DNA of 64,000 nt from positions 186,001 to 250,000 of IMG/VR virus record IMGVR_UViG_3300004151_000006, one strand, 5' to 3'. Both the position numbers and the translations under genes were made by a program. Under the pieces are notes generated by a model, which made no database searches, was not told where the DNA came from, and was given only the letters and a program-made list of their open reading frames with translations. Below, piece after piece: positions 59,829 to 64,000 of the stretch (positions are counted from its first letter, which is position 1; each line of letters starts with the position of its first letter).

Positions 59829-60228
59829 AGTCTTTTTAGGTGGTACTACCAATGGATCAGATTGGAGAGAGAAGCTCATACCTGGACTATCTATCAATTA
59901 TTATGATCCGGTAGTACTCCATGATTGGACTAGTACACATAAAGAGAAAGAGATTAAGATGAGAGATGAATGTGATATCCTTTGCTATGTCATTACACCT
60001 AAAATGACTGGAGTTTACTCTATAGCTGAAGTAGTAGATGATAGTAATAAACATCCACATAAAGTAGTCTTTATGGTACTCACTTTAGATGATGGTGAAA
60101 CCTTTAGTAGTGAACAATCTAATAGTCTACTCAGTGTGGGGACTATGATAGAAGCTAATGGTAGTACTTGGGTACGTAGTGGAAAGATACAAGATCTTTG
60201 TGATACTCTCAATTATTTCATGGACTGA
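59821..60228 (+). CDS. Nucleoside 2-deoxyribosyltransferase-like protein
   Basis: KVFLGGT...WREKL...YYDPVV..W...E......D.LCYVITPKMTGVYSIAE pattern. Confidence 0.7.
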   Translation: MTKVFLGGTTNGSDWREKLIPGLSINYYDPVVLHDWTSTHKEKEIKMRDECDILCYVITPKMTGVYSIAEVVDDSNKHPHKVVFMVLTLDDGETFSSEQSNSLLSVGTMIEANGSTWVRSGKIQDLCDTLNYFMD

Positions 60229-60237
60229 TATAATAGG

Positions 60238-60261
60238 GTGGGTGGGCATATGCCCACCCAC
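60238..60261. terminator. Perfect 24-bp palindrome
   Basis: GTGGGTGGGCAT|ATGCCCACCCAC. Confidence 0.6.
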
Positions 60262-60277
60262 TCCAGTCCAATAGATA

Positions 60278-60293
60278 TTTAAATATATATTAT
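60278..60293 (+). promoter_or_regulatory. Putative early promoter
   Basis: TTTAAATATATATTAT. Confidence 0.55.
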
Positions 60294-60335
60294 ATTTAAG
60301 ATGAAACTTTATTGTGTTTCATAGGAGGAATAACA

Positions 60336-61031
60336 ATGAATTCGATGGGTAAGTTGTTAACTACTGAGGATGATCGATCAGAACATATCAAAGCAAACAT
60401 TCATCGTATCATACGGATAATTTGTGAAAAAACTCTTAATGTTATTAATATTAATAAAATTTTAGAAACATATTGGGAAACTTTATACCATGAGTATCTT
60501 AAATATCTACATTTACAAGAAAATAATCTCGTAAAACTGGATTATTCTAAAACCAATCCACACAATAATCTCAATGGATGCATTTATAAATTTATTCATG
60601 GTGAAATAGAACATGAAATAAAAGAAACTGGTAACATCTGGTGGGTATTGAAACTTACGTTTAATGTACATGAATATTTAGTTACCACAGATGATCTCCC
60701 ACCAAGTACACTTATTTTAAAATTATTACCCAAAGAAATTGAAGAATTTAAGAAAGTATTGACAATAATAGATACTAATCAAAAACCCTATGAAAAAGAA
60801 ACTAAAGAACGTTGGGATAATCTCGATAAATCAAGTCAAATTGTGGCGTTGAATAAATTGTCGTGTCATCCCGAATTTAGTGAAATAATTTTCTCATACA
60901 TACAAGAGAGAAAAATGTTACCCACTGGAACAATAGTTACACATATTGATATTAAAATTGACAATTTGGATGAATTCTTTATATCTTTAGAAAAATATAT
61001 GCTAATTTATCCTGGAACATCACTTTTGTAA
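60336..61031 (+). CDS. Hypothetical protein; C-terminal domain paralogous to the next ORF
   Basis: AGGAGG RBS; WDNL...EFSEIIFSY...LPTG motif. Confidence 0.7.
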   Translation: MNSMGKLLTTEDDRSEHIKANIHRIIRIICEKTLNVININKILETYWETLYHEYLKYLHLQENNLVKLDYSKTNPHNNLNGCIYKFIHGEIEHEIKETGNIWWVLKLTFNVHEYLVTTDDLPPSTLILKLLPKEIEEFKKVLTIIDTNQKPYEKETKERWDNLDKSSQIVALNKLSCHPEFSEIIFSYIQERKMLPTGTIVTHIDIKIDNLDEFFISLEKYMLIYPGTSLL

Positions 61032-61309
61032 TGGATACTCAACAAGTAAAAGAGTATTGGGAGAATCTCCCCAATTGTGAAAAAATTAGAGTAATATTAC
61101 GATTAGAAGAATTTTCAGAATTTGAAGGTATTTCAATTTCATATACATGTACATCATACCCACTACCAGTTGGGCATGATGGAATTATAATGTATTCAAA
61201 GGTATATTCTGATATAAAAACAGATCCTTTTGATAAGTTTTTAGAAGTATTAACCTGGTGGTTATCAACTAAGGAGGGACAAGTATATGAACGAAGCACA
61301 AAAATCTAA
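61031..61309 (+). CDS. Hypothetical protein, 92 aa
   Basis: TAATG coupling; WENL...EFEGISISY...LPVG motif. Confidence 0.65.
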   Translation: MDTQQVKEYWENLPNCEKIRVILRLEEFSEFEGISISYTCTSYPLPVGHDGIIMYSKVYSDIKTDPFDKFLEVLTWWLSTKEGQVYERSTKI

Positions 61310-61919
61310 ACTTAAAAATAATATCAAAAATCAATATACTGTTATTAAAAGATTATCAAATCAATTAACTAGAGATAAAAAGGAGTATATACGACTCATT
61401 ATCAGAGATATTGGTTTCTATATAGGTAGAACCTTTTATTTAAAGAGTAATCCTGAAAAGATATTTCAAATAGAAGAGACACATATGAATGATTTGGAAT
61501 TTAAGACCATCACTTGTAAGAACAATCAAACATATGAAAAAACCATATGGTCCATACCTGAGATACTGAATATGAAAGCTGATATTTATTTCATTGATAT
61601 CACAGGTGGACCACCCATTTCATATAACAAAGATGTGTATGTTTCTAATTGGGAGAAGTACTATAATTTAAATGATTTACAACATATCATGTTTATTTTA
61701 GATGTACTTTGTCCCATTCTTGAATATGAAAATTATTTGGAATTTATCTTTTATAAAAACAATATGCAAATGCAGCGTATATCAGTCAGAGATGACACTA
61801 TCTTAGATGATATCATGTGTGAGATAAATACCACCAATCTCTTGAATCTTCATATCAGTAGACAATATGATTGGGCTGACATTAATACGAAATATCAATC
61901 TACTAATGGGGATACATAA
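61287..61919 (+). CDS. Hypothetical protein, paralog of the next gene
   Basis: DIGFYIGRTF motif. Confidence 0.7.
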   Translation: MNEAQKSKLKNNIKNQYTVIKRLSNQLTRDKKEYIRLIIRDIGFYIGRTFYLKSNPEKIFQIEETHMNDLEFKTITCKNNQTYEKTIWSIPEILNMKADIYFIDITGGPPISYNKDVYVSNWEKYYNLNDLQHIMFILDVLCPILEYENYLEFIFYKNNMQMQRISVRDDTILDDIMCEINTTNLLNLHISRQYDWADINTKYQSTNGDT

Positions 61920-62482
61920 TGCCTATGCTCATAGATAAAGATATCAATCAATTGAAATCAGAAGCATTGGCATATGACCAAGCTATCAAATGTTTAGAAT
62001 CTTATATGGCTAAAGCAAATTTGAATATCTCAATATTGACATGTATGGATAATGGTTTTTATATTGGTAGAGAATTTGGATTTTTAAGATATGATAAAGA
62101 TCAACCAATTATAATTGGTAAAATCATAGATATTGGAATTGATAACACCATGATAATTGAATTTAATATATTAGAAACAACCAATACATTCAAATGTCAG
62201 CTGATTATAAATACGACTACTTTGTTGCCACAGTATATTCATATTGAAGGTGGGACATTTGGAAAACTTTTATTGATTGAATTGATTTACTTTTTAGATA
62301 TAGATATCCCCAATAAATCAATATTGTTTAAGGATGATCCATATCAAAAGAATCTTAAATTGTATAAAGCATTGGATATCACTGAAAGGACTAAGCTATA
62401 TGGGTATGGTGATGACTTCATATTGAATCAAACTCTATCTAAGGATAGTACTACTGAGCTATTGATACAACTATCTGAATAG
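61919..62482 (+). CDS. Hypothetical protein, paralog of the previous gene
   Basis: DNGFYIGREF motif; TAATG coupling. Confidence 0.7.
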   Translation: MPMLIDKDINQLKSEALAYDQAIKCLESYMAKANLNISILTCMDNGFYIGREFGFLRYDKDQPIIIGKIIDIGIDNTMIIEFNILETTNTFKCQLIINTTTLLPQYIHIEGGTFGKLLLIELIYFLDIDIPNKSILFKDDPYQKNLKLYKALDITERTKLYGYGDDFILNQTLSKDSTTELLIQLSE

Positions 62483-62492
62483 GAGGAATGAC

Positions 62493-63137
62493 ATGACACA
62501 ATTTAATATCCCTATCTTAAAAGTTCATCTCAATATGTTATCAAATAGAATTGTGGGCATGCTTGAGGAATCAAAACAAATAGAAAAAGCTATCAGCAGT
62601 GATCTTGATTCTATAAAGACAGTATTATCTGAATTTGCTATATTTGTATCTAACACTATATTCATAAGTGATTTACCAGATTTAAAAGACACCACCTTTA
62701 AAACTGTTGATATGGATGTTGTTGTGGAAAACAATGATATTGTTATTAAATTAAAAGTATTGAGACATACAGTTTTAGAATCTTCCATTACATTTAAACT
62801 AGATGAATTGACCCACTTTTTGAAACACACTACAGTGGTAGAAGAGAATTGTCATATTGATATCCCAGAAGTTTGGAAAGGTCAATATACGCTACCAACC
62901 ATTGAAGAATTTAGTAATTATCAAATATGTATATTAAATAAACAAGTTGAAAGGTTGATTACGACATACCATAAAGATAATGTGAAGGTGTTAGATAGTG
63001 ATGATGCAACATACATTACTGTATCAGTTAAACCAACAGTGAAAGTCACTAAGATGTTGAAGATCTATATCAGTGGTGCACATGAACATGGTTTTATTGT
63101 TACACAAAAACCTATTGGAGATATTGATGTCAAATAA
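62493..63137 (+). CDS. Hypothetical protein, 214 aa
   Basis: AGGAGG RBS. Confidence 0.7.
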   Translation: MTQFNIPILKVHLNMLSNRIVGMLEESKQIEKAISSDLDSIKTVLSEFAIFVSNTIFISDLPDLKDTTFKTVDMDVVVENNDIVIKLKVLRHTVLESSITFKLDELTHFLKHTTVVEENCHIDIPEVWKGQYTLPTIEEFSNYQICILNKQVERLITTYHKDNVKVLDSDDATYITVSVKPTVKVTKMLKIYISGAHEHGFIVTQKPIGDIDVK

Positions 63138-63606
63138 GAATCTCATTAAAAATGAGGATGGTACATATTCTGTAGTATTGTGGGATTCGATTAAATCAAA
63201 TATCAAATATGATCTCGATTCTATCGAGCAATGTATCATAGTACCAACTATTGGATTTAAATCGAGATGTGATGGTCGTATAGCATTTGGTGAACTGGAC
63301 CCAATATATACAGAAAATATGGCTGAATACATGGAGATAAAAACAACGAATATTTCACATATGTTTACTGGAGTTGAATGTATCTGGCCAACAGAAGATA
63401 AACGTAGATTAGTGATAGCAGCTAGAGTGTTACCAATGGGTCCACATAAACGTCATTTACAAGACCATATTGATAATAATTGGGAATTGCAATTTAAGCC
63501 TAGATGGTTGGTAAATACAAATATCACACATACTGATGTAATATCTATAATTACTTTTGATTGGTACTACAATGCACCATATACTGTATGTAAGGAGACA
63601 CTATGA
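63127..63606 (+). CDS. Degenerate prohead-protease-fold (T4 gp21 / phiKZ gp175-like) protein, putative
   Basis: FGELDP...NISHM...PMGP...L...F.PR spacing; catalytic Ser apparently absent. Confidence 0.4.
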   Translation: MSNKNLIKNEDGTYSVVLWDSIKSNIKYDLDSIEQCIIVPTIGFKSRCDGRIAFGELDPIYTENMAEYMEIKTTNISHMFTGVECIWPTEDKRRLVIAARVLPMGPHKRHLQDHIDNNWELQFKPRWLVNTNITHTDVISIITFDWYYNAPYTVCKETL

Positions 63607-63977
63607 CTATATCATCCGTGACTAAGATTTGTAATGCTTATGAAGCTGGATTTGGTACTGGTATGGAGCTTAAATTTACACATATAAATCCATATTTTCT
63701 AGATACTGAAGAATCTAAAGCTTGGAGTATTGGACTTAAAGAAGGTGAGAAACGTAGTATGGAGATTGAAAAAAATAAGATCACACTCTCAGATAGATTT
63801 GAAGCTATGGATATAGAAAAACAAATGCTATTTAATGCAAAGTTTACTTCACAAATATTGACAAATGCTACTATTAAAGAAGCATTGAAGCTATGTGATT
63901 TATTGATAGAAAATGTGCCAGATGAACAAGTGATACTCTATAGATCAGCTTTGGGTATTGTGACCAAAATAGACTAA
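63603..63977 (+). CDS. Hypothetical protein with an AYxxG...NPY...AW..G motif
   Basis: ICNAYEAGFGTG...NPY...KAWSIGLKEG; ATGA coupling. Confidence 0.65.
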   Translation: MTISSVTKICNAYEAGFGTGMELKFTHINPYFLDTEESKAWSIGLKEGEKRSMEIEKNKITLSDRFEAMDIEKQMLFNAKFTSQILTNATIKEALKLCDLLIENVPDEQVILYRSALGIVTKID

Positions 63978-64000
63978 AATATATATCATTTCCTCGAAGA

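Noticed and set aside
1-64000. CRISPR array, tRNA or rRNA genes
   Set aside because: No regularly spaced direct repeats or cloverleaf structures were recognised; the intergenic hairpins are unique and unevenly spaced.

Overview
AT-rich (about 30-33% GC by eye) segment of a phiKZ-related (Chimalliviridae-like) jumbo phage genome. It contains the phiKZ core block in its usual order (gp69/PicA-like, gp70-like, non-virion RNAP beta gp71-73-like and beta' gp74-like, SF2 helicase gp75-like), with a gp164-like spike gene inserted. It also carries a minus-strand nucleotide-metabolism operon (HAD, ParB-like, dCMP deaminase, fused thymidylate synthase), a 2591-aa Ig-repeat fibre flanked by two different tip genes, and class III ribonucleotide reductase (nrdG, nrdD with a LAGLIDADG intein). 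Further along are a double-HNH endonuclease, a secreted papain-like protease, the virion RNAP beta (gp178-like) interrupted by an ORF-less group I intron, a PspA-like module and many small accessory ORFs. About 20 GC-rich palindromes punctuate the intergenic regions, often followed by a TTTAAATATATATTA(T/C) promoter-like motif. An anaerobic, possibly Desulfobacterota-like, host is an inference. The most notable observations are: (1) an FN3-like domain apparently split between the fibre stalk and two alternative tip proteins; (2) a nucleotidyltransferase domain inserted in the virion RNAP between prohead-protease-type sites; (3) a 66-aa ORF carrying the RNAP catalytic motif NxDFDGD; (4) a probable Pro1/class-3-like intein; (5) a dual-start PspA-like gene. 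All family assignments come from motifs and synteny recognised by eye; no searches were run.
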